A DNA stretch of 51,575 nucleotides, counting the filler, from Sphacelaria rigidula (Eukaryota): NCBI GenBank assembly GCA_964200075.2. It is 4 parts of 4 records of this genome, joined end to end, with 100 filler letters (N's around TTAATTAATTAA, not from the genome) between each part and the next. Parts side by side here need not be neighbours in the genome. Positions count along the whole stretch, not along the records: positions 1 to 12,821 come from CAXNAA020003392.1; 3 more parts are not named here. One strand, 5' to 3'. Of this stretch, positions 1-12,921 are shown in pieces. How positions within the stretch are numbered: the stretch's first letter is position 1; each line of letters opens with the position of its first letter. A program made the position numbers and the translations under genes. The notes under the pieces were generated by a model. The model had not been told where the DNA came from, made no database searches, and was given only the letters and a program-made list of their open reading frames with translations.

Positions 1-231
1 CCGTCGCTGGTCAATGGTCAAAAGACTAAGGCAAGCAACAAAAGAGTACCCCCCCCTCCCGCCCTATCCCCACCCCTCCCCCACCCCCCGTCGCTGATGG
101 ATGATCGTGATAGCGTGAGAGCCCAGCCCTACTCCATTGCTGTGTCCCCTACTTCTAAACACTTTGATCGGACATCAAGAGCACCGACATTATAAATTGA
201 CGCCCCATGTTTTCTCCAAATCCGCCCCCAG

Positions 232-3200
232 GGCGCTGCGGCGAGACGACGATAACACTAGGGATATTTGCATCACCATATCGTCTTGGCGCGTGGTGCA
301 ACAAAAACTCATTCCACTCATCCTGGAGTGCAGAGACGACGCTGTTCTAGTCAAGACGCTTCTAAAGATCTACGTCATGCTCACCATGCCTATGTCCAAG
401 CCGGCGGAAGAGGCTCTGTTGAAGCGTATTAACCCAAAAGCGGAGGGTGATGTGAGGGACCAGGACAGACGGCGAAGGGAGAACGCTCTGGCGCAGCAGG
501 TGTGAGGGCAGGCTGACTGATCACCGGTGCCCAAACAGGCCGCCCAGAACTCACAGTCAGATGCAGCACCGGCACACACCACAAGGCTAGCAGTTGATGC
601 CAGTCACCTTCGCATGCACCGACGATGATATCCAGCTATTGATAGTCTAATCTCCGATCGAGTGTAGGTGACCAAGCAATTCCACCGTCAACGTTTAAGC
701 AGTAGCTCAAGTAGCAGTACACGGTTATATCATGTCGGTAGAATTCGTGTCAAATTGACCTTCAGAATTCTTCGCATAAAATGTAACGTACACCCCGCCG
801 TTTGCGCATGGTCGCGCAGGCCAGTCTGCACGCGTTCAAGCGGGCTTTTATTTCCAGGGATATGCTTTCAGTCATCGTGGGAATGCTGGAGGAGCCGTTG
901 AGCCACGTCGGAGTCACTCGCACGGAGGAGGACAACTTTTCAATCGAGCTTTGCCTCACCTTGCTCAGGAACGTTCTCAACATCAAGGACCCCGCTCCCG
1001 GCATGGTTACCTCCCTCGGCGATCACTACGTGCAGATGCACGAGCAGCTCGTGGCGCTATTGCAAGACGCATTGCTGCTGGATATCCTTCTTCTCCTGGC
1101 GCAGGATGTGCACGCGCGCGAGAACGCAAAGCTCAACCTTCTCCTCGTGGAAATTTTTCACTGTACCATCAGAGACCAAGAGCCCGCCGCTGTCATTTCG
1201 GCTCACCGCGCCAAAGTTCAGAGAGGTGCGGCGGGTAACCGGAGTCAAAATGGAAGCAAAGAGCAACCTTCCTTGGCTCCCAAGACTAGCGGATCTCTCT
1301 TGGGTGTGTTGGCGAAGGAAAAGAATATGCGTGGAAACATCTCCGGGCAAATGCACAGGTGTGTACTTGGCGTGGTAAAAATATTTTTTGTCGCACCAGA
1401 GTTGGAACAACGCGCAGCTGTGTATCTACGCCAAATGAAGACAGTTATCAGGAACAAGAAACGGCATCCGTTTGTCCGCGACAATCCCTTCGTCGCGTCG
1501 AGCAAAAGTGATGGAAAGTAAATCAATTAGTGGGCGGTATCTCGAGAGCTCCTTGATTTTGTCACAGTCGGCCTCGGCTTGCAACCTTTGGTGGTAGAAG
1601 TCTTACTTTCGACACCCGGCCTCTGCCCTCCATGTCAGCCGGCACACGAGATTCGGAGGCAGCCTAAAGGTTGGGGGAGATAATGGGGCACCGGCGAGGG
1701 TCGTGTCGAATCCCTTCAAGGGTCGCGTGGACTCCGTACCCCAGGCTGCGCGCAAGAAGAAGAAGAATTCGAGTACATTCACGGCGGACGAAGTCTCGGG
1801 GTCCTCGTCGACGTACTCTGAAAGGTGAAGAATGATATTACCTTTTTTTCCGAGAACGTGATATGCGTTGATCACCACGACATCTGTTGCTCGGAAGCAC
1901 ACAAGCAGAAGATTGGTGCTGAAAACAAAGAATGATGTCACCTGTCTTCTTGCCAGCCTTAACTGGAATGAGAGCGTGCGTGCTCACTATCAGCTTCCTG
2001 GCGGATTTATTTCTCACCCCAACACGTTTCCCTTGCAATCTCAAACAGTCGCAAAGCCATGGTGGCCAGGGAAGCGCTCTACGAGTTCTCCTGCTCGTTT
2101 CTCAAGACGGCGTATGACCCGTTCATGCGAAGCATCAAGGTGAGCACAGCAGTGTACGGGAGATCACTGTAACACTACAAGGTTGGAACTGAACTATCGT
2201 ACATGTCCCGATTCCGCCACACGAATCTCCGACATCTTCCACCCCAACTGGTGTTGGTTGTGCCGTTTTATTTCAGGCCCCCGAGAGTGTCATCGCCGTA
2301 ACCTCTTCCCGAATTCCAAATCCACCATCATGATGTATACGGGAACGCGCCAGAAGATCCATACGCAGCTATTCTTTCTTTCGTCTGATGTCTTTATTTT
2401 CTGCTGCTCCTCAAACTGTTCAGAACGAGTTTCGCATCGACTCGTCCCGATTGCAACCTGAAGACAAAGGCATGATGTTCCGCCTCATGTCGTTCTTCAT
2501 GAGCTTCCACCACAATCTCCACAAAGCTGCCGTCAGCGACGCACACGACGCGGGATTGAGAGGTGCCAATGTACCAAAATTCGAGCTTGGGCACGTGTTG
2601 GAGACGATGGACCTCATGTCCTTCAACCTTGTGCTGCGGGAAGTGGAGACGACGATAGCGGAAAAAAGCCCCAAGCGTTTGGCGGAGTGCGTGGCCGTTC
2701 TCAAGGAGATGATGCATATCGTGGTGAGTGACCTGCGTGCGAATGATGCGGTACCATATTTTTTGCAGTGAGAGGGGCACAAAGTCGAGAGAATAATGAT
2801 CGCTGAGTGTTACCCCGTTTGGTCCCAAAGGTGTCGTTTGTGTCTGATGCTCAACGTGATTATGTATGATCCGATTGGTCTCTTGCGCGTTCCTCGATGT
2901 CACAGGCGCGTACATGTTCCACCTCGAGTCTCCTGTAAAACTTGCCGGGCTCTACGCGTTGAGGTTTGTCTGATGCGACCCACTCAACCGTTTTGTACGC
3001 CCCACCATCTTGCCCAACGTGGTCCAGATTTTTTCTTGTCTTCAACTTTCTCTTGTTTTGGCTTGTGCTGATTTTGTCGTCGAAGACCCTGCTGAATGAA
3101 TCTTCGGAGAGGGCCCATCAGCTCGTGGCGCTAGGTCTCCTGGCTCGCATATTTTACGCGTCCGAGCCCCTAGGTGAGATCGTTGTCTGCAGACGAAGCC

Positions 3201-6200
3201 TTTTCGGTTCGTGCTTGCCCTCGTTTGGCGATCGCTCATACTGCTACCCATGACCGAATTTTGTCCTTTCTTCGTAGGAGAGCCGCCGTTTTGCGGTACT
3301 CACACCTTGTCTATGATTTGGTGCACAGTTAAGGGTTCATGTATTTCGCCAGCCAGGCCACTTACAGGCTGGTATGCTCGACTCAGATAGCTTCTACATT
3401 AGATCGCAGCCTACGGGACCCGTTTGTGCACACGGGATATTGAAAGCTGGGCCACGTGACAGTCAAAAAGCGTCCGTCCCGTGATCTGCAAGTGTGCGAA
3501 CAACGGCAAAACTTCCACGCCCACACATGCACGATATCGCCTGCCCGTGCATCGTGTACGGCGTCCTGTTCAGACAAATTGCATGACATCGTACGGCAAT
3601 GGCAGCCAGGGAAATTTTCCAAGAATTTCTTGTGCCACTTGGTGGAGTTGATCCATGCGACGCTCAAGACTCTAGAATGGTACAAGAAGCGAAAGTCCAG
3701 GTATCTGGAGGACGAGGCGGGCGAGAAGGGTGCGAAAGGAGCACTCGATAAAGACATCCAGGAAAAGATACAGGCCGCCGAATCGTTCGACTTCGACCGT
3801 TACTTTTACAGACTGGCTTCCAACAAGTGAGTTCCTTCGCACGGCAGAGGCGTGGAGTTGAGTCCTGGTGACCGAACCGTCATTGCTTCCCCGTTGCTGT
3901 ATCTTTCTTCTCTTTTTCGTGATGACCTACGTATTCGCGGAACGTGTTGGGGATGTGTTGCGGTATGTGGCGTCACTGAACATATCGTTGAAATGATGAA
4001 AAGCAATGAGCGATGGTGGCCACTTCGCTTAATGTGCAGAATGTTGATATCTCCAACAACAATGTGGTGTCGGTTACGCGTTCCTCTGCGACAGCAATGT
4101 GCGAATGTACAGCGCCCTCCTGGAGCACTACGCCTCCAACAGCGCCAGGACAAACCACTACATCTTGTCGTTCATGATGCGCCTCACCAACTTCACGGTA
4201 AGCCTGGCGCAGCACATGTGCGACCTCCAACGACTACACGGTATTTTTCGCAAGGTCCTTCGGGCGCAAGAGGAATGGGCACAGCAGAAGTCAATTTCGA
4301 CGGTCGTGAACGATATTTTTTGTTCCCACCAAGGGCGTTCAACCAACCCAACACCGTCTACCCGTGCTTGACTGCGAACAAACATGCATGATAGGGCAAC
4401 GACTCGTCGAAGAAGAAACGGCGAGGGGACAGAGCGGCACAAGACGGTGCTCGGCTCAACGACGGGGTTGGCTTGGAGGCTATGCTGTATAACGTATACA
4501 CTTTGGGGGTCTTCCAGAAAATTTTGGATGACCCGCTCAGCCGAAAGTCAGCCTTGAAGCACCTCGTGCACTATATCCAGTGAGTCTGCTCCATTTCTGA
4601 CTCGACGGTGTGGTAGTCCTATGCTTGGGAGAATCTGTGAGATATCCATCATCTCGTGTTACAGGTACAGTTTTTTTTTATTTTTTTATCGCACTTCGAA
4701 CCCCTCCTGTTCCTCGGGATGAGTCCGTGGTCTCAAGCGATCAACCCATCTCTACCCCGGTACGCGTCTTAAATTTTTGTCTCGCGGATTGGGTCAGCAC
4801 TCCCGCACCGCGTCAACTCACGCGAAACAAATCCAGTCGACTCCTTTGTTTACTCATGTTCTCACGCTTCCCACGGTGGAAATCATACATTATGAAGAAA
4901 AAACCCAACGCATCGGGAATCAAACCCTCGTTCTCCCCACCGTAATGGCGACAGTCGGACCATTACACCACCAGGTCGCAGCGGCAAGGATGTATCCGGG
5001 TCTGTCCAAATTAGCACACTCTACTGATGGCGATATCACAGTAGCTGTATTCTAAATTACTGTAACGACACCCGGTGCTCACACTCCTCTGGTGATCAGC
5101 AGAGAAGAAAAATATGTTGACGTCTAATATCGCCATGAATGCACGATGCCATGTTCATCGCCACTGTGTAGGCTGCTTCACCAGACACATGTTTTGACAA
5201 AATTTAACAATCATCCGTTTCGTGGCCGTGTTTTTTTGTTGTTGTTCCAGGTCAGCTGTGAGGCACTTCGGCACTTTGGCTCAGAAAAACCGGCTGGTTT
5301 TTGTCGAGGCGTTATTCCAGCACACACACCCGCAGAGTTTCTGTGGAGCGTTGCACAGCGTGTACTACGATGGTGTCGATCCAGGTGCCGAGGTGAGCGT
5401 TATTTCTATCTACTTGCCGTAGGTAAAGAGTACTGTTCGAAATTTTCTACAGGTTCAATGGTATACACACGGTAGGATACCGCCAGAGTTATGAGCCTTC
5501 GCCATCTGGCGGACGGGGGAGTTCTCTGTCGATCAAGCTATGACGACGGTTGTGTTGAAGACAAGTGCTCTGGAAAGCGAGCAGGAAAAAACCCGGGAGA
5601 AGAGTGAGAAGGGGCGAGGGGGTAGCGTCGTACCTGGTCTCGGACAGAGGGGACACACCGCAAAGCAGTCAAGCTCACAGAGTACGCTTGGTGTTGTGAT
5701 GTGCGTTAGCCTTGAGCTCGGAGCGTGCACATTGCTCCGTGACTCCAAGGCTTGAGGGCAGCTCTACATGAGAGGTCTTGCCAACACCCGAGGAAGCTTC
5801 CTCGTGGGTGGAAGTCTTCTGTGGACAGGACCGGTGGGTCTGACTGTTTCAGAGTAGAGCCACAAGGCATGTTGGGTTCGCACGACTGGAACCCACAGTT
5901 CTTCAGATATTTGATGGACGCGTGAACTCATCATGCTCGACATCCCTCTCCATATCCGTGAAGAACCATTTTTTCTGTTTTCTTCAGTCGAAACCCAGGA
6001 CGGTTCCACTAGAATTACAGATGGATGATCCAGGAATTCAAAGAAGAGTCAGCGCCGGAGTATCGCGTGTTCATTGTAGGCCTTGACACTCTGACAGGGT
6101 GGTTCGTCTGTTGAGTCGGCGATGTCACAGGCTAGTTATCCCTCAACGTGTAGTTCCAACACCGTAGCACGTGTACTTGCAAGAGAGATGGGCAAACAGT

Positions 6201-8338
6201 TTTTGAATGGAGAAAACAACAACCCATTTATTCCTTCCACACATAGCTTTGGAGCTCATCTTGTCAGTACGCCAGTCTCCTATACCAGCATGAGATCGCA
6301 TTTTGCAAAGAACGACTAATATGCTGGCCGTTCGTCATCTTGGTACTCCGGTTTCCATTTCACCTTATTGCCTTCTGGCGAGGTCGGTATTTGTATTTTT
6401 TCATTGTATTTATCACCGCACACTTCATTTTATACACGTTCAGGATAACTATTCGATAAAAAGGAAGCGAGGCAGCAAAAAGGCAGAGTCGGAGATCGAA
6501 AGCGACAGCGATGGCGACATCTACGGCGACGGAGGCGATGGGGCGCCCGACCTTCCTGTGGGGGCAGGGGGAGGCGCAGAATTGCCGGCGGAAGACGACT
6601 CGGACGAAGACGAGTGGGACGAAAAAACGGCTGCAGAGAAGGAGGGCAGCGATGTTCCGAGCGACAGTGACGTGGAGGAAAGTGTCAAGAGCGACGGCGA
6701 CGTTTCCCAGAAAAGCAAGAAGAAGAAAAAAAGGAGGAAAGGAGCCGAGGACCGTGCAAAAAGCCGGAAGGGTGGTGCCGGCTCAGGGTCTAAGAAGCGG
6801 GCACGGAAGTGGACCAAAGCGGTGGGTGACATGCTCGTATGAACACCTTTAGTAGCCTTTTTTATGGTACCCATCGTGATGAAGTTGGAATCGCTCGGCA
6901 GGGGATGATCCGAGGCAGTGGCTACTGGCCTGGAGTTCGTGGGGGTTGTTTTTCCAGGTCGGTGTTACTCACAAAAAATCTGTCTTCCTGAAATCACCGT
7001 GGCATGAGAACGCCGATCCGAAATAGGTGTCGTTTTTGTTACACGCCAGAGAGTGCTCGGAGAGCGGATGTCACGCCGATACTTTCATGCATCAACCATC
7101 GGAAATGGCCGACCTGGTGTGTACAGAAACATACACCATCACTCAGAAAACATGTGACGGAGTATTTTTAATTCAATCTCACATTCCCATCCCTAAACCG
7201 GGCGCAAGTCTTGAATAACCATCTCGGAAGCCGACGGCACGAGTCTTAATCGCATATAACCATCCTTGAACCCGGCACAACATTTGGAGGTCTCGCATAT
7301 TTATCTGTGAACCATATGGTGAAAGCAGAAGCATACTATCCCTATCTCTGAACCGCATGGCAAATGTGAACCTCTCAAATGACCCTCCTTGATGTGAACA
7401 CGTTGAAGCGGGTCATGTGAAATGCCTGGAGGACTACCGAAGTAGAGGGAGTACATCGTATCTGCCACGAAAGGGGTGTCGTGCACAAAAATTGTGCTGA
7501 TCCGACCGTCCTGCATTTTCTTGAAACTTCTTCCACGCAACCGGCCTGTCTCTCGGTGACACAAACATTAGGAGGATGCTTACTTGCGGGAGCAGTACCC
7601 TATCTACGCCGACAGTCAGAGTGTTTTCAGTGTACTCGGGGCAGGGGACGCACTGGAGGTGAATGAGCGCACAGAAGACGAGATCAGACGGAGGGTGAAC
7701 AAGCTAGGATTGAAATCAGCTAGTGTGCAGACGCAAGAGACAGATCCTCCATCGGGAGAGGACGACCTAGTCGACGTGAACGAGAGAAAGGGACTATTAC
7801 TGTCGTCCGATGATGATGGCTTGAGTGACAACGAGAAGGAAAATCAACGGGAAAGGGCCAACGATGTCGCCGAGGGTCCAGCAGGAAACGTGCGGAAGAT
7901 TAACCGCAAGAGTCACGATCAGAGTGACGACGACTCCGAAGGGATGTTCAGCTCTCCCGAGGTGAGTTTTACCGTCCGCTACGAGTGTACGTTTTGGAGA
8001 GGCGTTGTAATGCACCGTATGTGTATGCTTCATGATACACTATTTGGAGACTCCCTACAAACGTTGTGTGGCGGTTTCGTAATGTACGTTGTATGGGACA
8101 AAGATCTACTGTCGTATTTTTGCGAACCGGCTGACACCACAAACGCCGTATTTTGTAGAACGTGCTCACTTTTGATGGCTGAGCATTGTAGAAAACGGTC
8201 TACGATGGTAACTCGTGCTTTTGACCTCGATTTCCACCCTCATACTATGGTCCATGACAGGATGACACTGGAGGAGCACTGCCATCGACCTCGTCCACCT
8301 ACCGCAGGGCCATATTTGAAGACAGCGACGACGAATGA
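232..8338 (+). CDS. TIMELESS: Timeless/Tof1/Swi1 replication fork protection protein, 5'-partial, 13 exons
   Basis: Exons 232-499, 820-1358, 1639-1824, 2049-2139, 2424-2723, 3086-3173, 3574-3826, 4095-4197, 4395-4579, 5251-5392, 6444-6821, 7572-7961, 8261-8338. All introns are GT-AG with matching phases; total 3001 nt = 1 nt + 1000 codons ending in TGA. Family motifs: LRRDD...W..V...LIPLI...K..VMLT.P; IELCLTLLRNVLNI; SRHTRFGG (spans a junction); LYEFSCSFLKTAYDPFM; LEAMLY...F.KIL.DP; NRLVFVEALF; Myb-like WTKAEDAYLREQY...EIRRRVNKLGL; acidic tail RRAIFEDSDDE*. Confidence 0.93.
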
Positions 8339-8733
8339 CCGGTTCCGGGGACTGCCGGAACCCACTGACTGCGTCGTACCACACGCCGATTGCACGTGCT
8401 CTTCACCCTGTGGGCGCCGGTCTCCTCTACGATGTCGAGTGTTTTGAATCCTTCTTGTATGCAAATAGAGCATTTGTATTCCCCGGCCTTTTCGGGGACA
8501 GAAGACATGTTGTCGATTGTGTCCGCGCGTCTTATAGCTCTAGAGCTACGTGTAGTATTTCTCATCAGTGTGTGTTGTCATCTCATGTATTCTGGACGCT
8601 AGTTCGCACCTTCCGGGGTGCGTGGGCGCAGCAGACGGGATCGTACAGGAGGGATGCAAACACAGTTTTTTTCCCCCATTTTCTGTTGGTCGTCCACCTG
8701 CCTACCTTGCCTACTGCGGTGCTTGCCTTTTTG

Positions 8734-8922
8734 TTTTATCGCCCAAGCGGGTCAGAAATTTTTCTTCCTCGTCAATCGTCAAGTCGAATTTCGTGTACCA
8801 CAACATGGTCGCTGTCCACTGTTGGACACTGTGTGAGACAAATTCCAGATTGTTCCGAAACTCGAAGCTACAACCCAAGCGTCAATGGTTTCGAGTTCAC
8901 CAACCGAACCGCCGGGGCGACC
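8734..8922 (-). mobile_element. tRNA-derived SINE, degenerate copy 1 (B-box region deleted or diverged)
   Basis: Collinear with the copies at 20402-20607 and 31861-32061 (shared blocks ttcctcgtc..cgt.aa.tcgaattt, cacaacat.gtcgc.gtccactgttggaca, aaattccagat, ccaac.ga.cc.ccgggg.gacc). Confidence 0.75.
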
Positions 8923-9746
8923 ACGATCTGTGTACTGACTCGGAGCAGGATGCTGTACACAATGAGTAGTGCTTCGCTGTCTTCGATCCTGCCAGTCACG
9001 TGTTCTGGGTTCGTCGAGGGGAGTTTTTGAAGTTCTCTTCGTTTTTTTTCCCTCGTGGCGTACGAGCCGGCGGACTCATGATCGTTTTTCTACGGACTAC
9101 CCCCGTACTTTGAGGGGGAGGGAGTTTCCGGGGCACAGCGCGAAGTAATAGCAACAGGACATCATCTTTTTCGTATCTCTCCTTCGCTTCTATACAACCG
9201 CTCCGGTGGACGACGTGCAGTATGATTGATTATTTGCGCACCTTCATCATGCAGTATGTTGTGAACATGAGCCAGTCGACGAGCACTGGTACGGTAGCGA
9301 TGCACTCATTCCGCGAATAATTGTCTGCTTCAGGGGCCCCCACCGATTCTAGACGCACAGGAACTGGAGCAGTGCATCCCCGTTTGCAGATTTATTCGGG
9401 ATATCCTCAGCACATTGGAATGCTCGTCCTGGTGTACTGTCGCATATTTTCAAAAGTCGTGTTTTGGATGAGATGAAACGATCTTAAAAATTATGACCTC
9501 GGAGCATAGTTGTGTACTCCTACCGTAGCATCAGTCCGAGCGGTCGTTGACCAATGAAGATGTGCACAAGATGTGAAGATGTAGTGCGCACTTGTGGACT
9601 GCAAAATCTGGTCTGTCTCTCGTCCACACGAAGAGGCTCATAACATATGATAGCACTAATCTCTCCTAGTTGAGGCGCGCAACGAAAGTTGGGGGAAATC
9701 ACGAGCGCTATGAAAATATCCTACCGGGGTTGGAAATTTAGTATCT

Positions 9747-10000
9747 GACTCCCTCAGGAGAAGGGTGCATCGTAAGGCGGTTGAGGCCCATCGCACTGGG
9801 TGATGAGTTTCTTTACGGGAGGTGAGACGTAATGCATCCGGAGTCAATAAAAAAGTATACCCTCCGAAACAGCCTTTGTGCATCTCTCCGGTCCCAACTC
9901 GCAAACCTCTAGTGAAATATCGATGGAGACACATATCCATGACCAACAGATGGCGGGCTACCCTCCAACCAGTAGCCATGTGTATGTATGCATGCATGCA
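9747..10000 (+). mobile_element. Probable 3' end of a non-LTR retroposon (LINE/SINE) with terminal stem-loop and (ATGT/ATGC)n tail
   Basis: Hairpin GGCTAC (9956-9961) / GTAGCC (9972-9977) is followed directly by the microsatellite tail atgtgtatgtatgcatgcatgca. A base-paired domain lies upstream at 9747-9845. The 5' boundary is not defined. Confidence 0.4.
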
Positions 10001-10846
10001 CTGTAGAATGTACGCGGCGTCCAGGGGTCCCGACGGTGAAAACTTGTCCCCACACCGATCTGGCCGGAATCGGTGTGCAACGCGATTCGGCCTTCAAAGA
10101 TGTCGTGATGTGAGGGGAGACCGCGCCGCTGGATTTTTACCACCCGTCTGACTGAAAGGTCGCAGTGTGAACAACAGAGCCGGCTTGAGGGCGCGTCGTA
10201 GTCTCGGAGAGTGGCGTTTGCGTTCACATGTTTTCGTCATATGTTGTGTACAGGACAGGCAGGTCTGCATCGAGTTGTGCTATTTTTTTGCAAGCCATCA
10301 TACATGACGCGGCCGTGCTACGGGTCATGAAGACTACTCACGTTGCACTATGAAACTGGCACCATTACAAGAGCCAAAGTTCGAGTATGAGAACATGGTA
10401 CTGCAACTGCTGATTGTGCTACATTACAACAACAGGACACACTTCATTTCACCCGGGGCTGGTGCCATCGGAAACAGGTAACCGAACCGCAGTGGCGGTG
10501 CAAGTCTTGTTGCCCATGGCACATTGCTGTACATTCGTAATTTGCTCCTTGTGTTCCACCATTGCTCCGCGCAGCTCATATGTGTTCTTCAAAATCTCCG
10601 ATGAGAGTGGCGTGTGATCGGGGATGGGGAGACATTGGGGTGGGAACAACCATACATTCACTGATTCCACTCTCACTCTTCCCCGCATAGTATAACAATA
10701 TATTCCGCGCTGTCCACCGCAGCTTGGCACACGCTACTTCTCCTACACTTCTGACGGTCACTGCTCGAGGGGAGTTGCTCTTATCCACCGTCTAAACACG
10801 CCTGCCGAGCACCAGCTGCCTGCTCGAGAAGCGCTCCCCTATGAAA

Positions 10847-12294
10847 TCAGCCCTGGAGAAGAAATGGGCGAAAAAGCGGGAGGAAGAGGGACACAATTGT
10901 CCGCTGGTTGAGACATGTGCATCACCGATACGTTTCGTTCCCATCAACTGTCTACTACATCATGCTGGCGTATTTTCTCTCTATGAAATAGATACCTCAT
11001 ACATCGTGTACAGGCTGGTTCAGATTGAAAACCCACAATTTATTGCCCGGCTGATGAACGCAATAGCCAGTCGACATGCACAAATCTGGTATCGTACTAA
11101 CCGCAATGAACAAACAAGAAAGGTGACAGCCGGATATTCCTTCAATGCTATCGCGATGGCGCTGTGGACAAAAATATGTCTCGACCAATCAAGGCCTTTC
11201 AAAATGTTTCGAAATTGAAATAGAAAAACGCTGATTCCAAGCCCGATTTTCGCCGAATCTCCACATAGTTCAAATCGAAATCGTAGTTATCCGTTATGAG
11301 CTTGGAAATCTCACGCGAGAAACGGAGTTAGAAACGGTTCCAACGAGGTCGAATTTTGCCCGGAACCGTGATGTTTCGACGACGTGGAGCTTTGGCGTCT
11401 TCGAATTTTTACCCATGATACGTACGACAGACTCATGGTGTTTCGTGACAACTTCTCTTTCATCTGTCGTGGAAAGTCTCAGATCATCCTCAAACTTGGG
11501 CAGTTCCGTCGGTATTGATGCTTCAAATGGGAAAATTGTCTTCTTGGCAAGATTTCAAAGTTTCTCCGTTCTCTACCGGTTTCCGGGGATCCCAGCATAA
11601 AGGCCCCCGGAAACCGGTGCAGAATGCCCCAACACCAAAAGTTCGACATCTTAGGGTTAGGTGGTATCCCAGGGAAGCTGTGAACCGATTATCTTTGCTC
11701 AACTTGAAGAACTGAATCGGCTGGATCTTTAACCGTATAAACAACCCTCAGAAAAGGCGATTCTGTACTTCAATAAAGTAAAAAGGGGGCAGGCAGACTT
11801 CAGCGCACGTTTCGGCATTTTCTCACGTCGTTTTTTCGAGTTGGACCACAAGCCGCTTCGAAGTCGGACGAAATTCAAAGCGAGGCAATTATCGATGAAG
11901 GATATTACTAAAGAGATCCCAAAAGGGTTTTGAGGTCCTTTCGAGGTACTAGTCCGGCTGTAACCCCGAACTATGTTACCCCGCCTTTGTTACAGTACAT
12001 ACTACGTGAAGTGTGTCGTGGTACCGAATGTTGACGTGCGTAGATGGTACATACCGTTCAAACGCTCACCTCAAATTTCCCCAGTATGTCCTCGTCTCGA
12101 AACAAGCTGACCTCTTCATTTCCCAGTTTCAAAGTCTGTCCGCCGTACTCCGGTAGTAATACAGTGTCGCCAACGCTTACACTAACCGGTATTTTGGTAC
12201 CCGATTCCGTTACTCGACCAGGTCCTACCGCAATAACCTCGCCCTCATTCGTCTTCCCGACGTTGCTGTCTGGAAGATAGATGCCGCCAGCCGT
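10847..12294 (-). CDS. CPN10: 10 kDa chaperonin (Cpn10/GroES/HSP10), 5'-partial
   Basis: Exon 12294-12070 (acceptor ctccag, donor GAG|gtgagc) encodes TAGGIYLPDSNVGKTNEGEVIAVGPGRVTESGTKIPVSVSVGDTVLLPEYGGQTLKLGNEEVSLFRDEDILGKFE, with classic GroES motifs; LLPEYGG is typical of the mitochondrial type. Probable terminal exon 10852-10847 (GGC TGA) follows a strong polypyrimidine tract. The alternative is read-through to the stop at 12058-12060. The N-terminal PLxDRV exon is not in this contig. Confidence 0.92.
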
Positions 12295-12821
12295 CTGGAG
12301 CGACGACCGAAGGTCCGGAAACGACAGACATGTTGCGAGTGACAATTCGGTTGGCAGATGAGCACGATCACAACAACAGTACTGCATCTCTCCAACGCAG
12401 AACCGCTCGCAGCATGGGACCATACAGTCGTGTTGAAATGCCATCGTGCTGTAGTGCACATCTGTAACTGTCTGTGCTGTGCTGTGTTGACTTGTATCTA
12501 GCTGGTGAAGCTGACCATGCAAAACGTACCCAATGGAGGAAAAGAGCCGGTGCGACTCCGTCGGCAACGTCCATTACGGGGGTTTTGATGCACTGATGAC
12601 ATGGCGGTGGAATAAAACTGATCCCCTTTTCTTGCCGGCCCTCCAGAACTCAACTTTATCACGGTGAGGGCAGCGACAACACTGACCGATGCGAACTACC
12701 ACCACCGCGTGATGGCTGGGCGGAGGGAGGGGGGGGGGGGGGGACCAACAAAGAAGTCAAGACCAGGGTAGGTGTTGCGGCCTCCACACCAAAAATTATT
12801 CCAAAAATTCCACAAAAATCG

Positions 12822-12921
12822 NNNNNNNNNNNNNNNNNNNNNNNNNNNNNNNNNNNNNNNNNNNNTTAATTAATTAANNNNNNNNNNNNNNNNNNNNNNN
12901 NNNNNNNNNNNNNNNNNNNNN
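12822..12921. other. Artificial assembly spacer (N44-TTAATTAATTAA-N44)
   Basis: Exactly 100 nt with an all-frame-stop linker in the centre; identical to the other two spacers. Confidence 0.98.

Noticed and set aside
6876..6991. C/D-box snoRNA candidates in introns (GTGATGA...CTGA here, also 28624-28701)
   Set aside because: No clean terminal stem and no rRNA-complementary guide of 10 nt or more that I could verify.
12866..12877. TTAATTAATTAA motif recurring every ~12.9 kb
   Set aside because: Synthetic all-frame-stop linker embedded in N runs, not biological.
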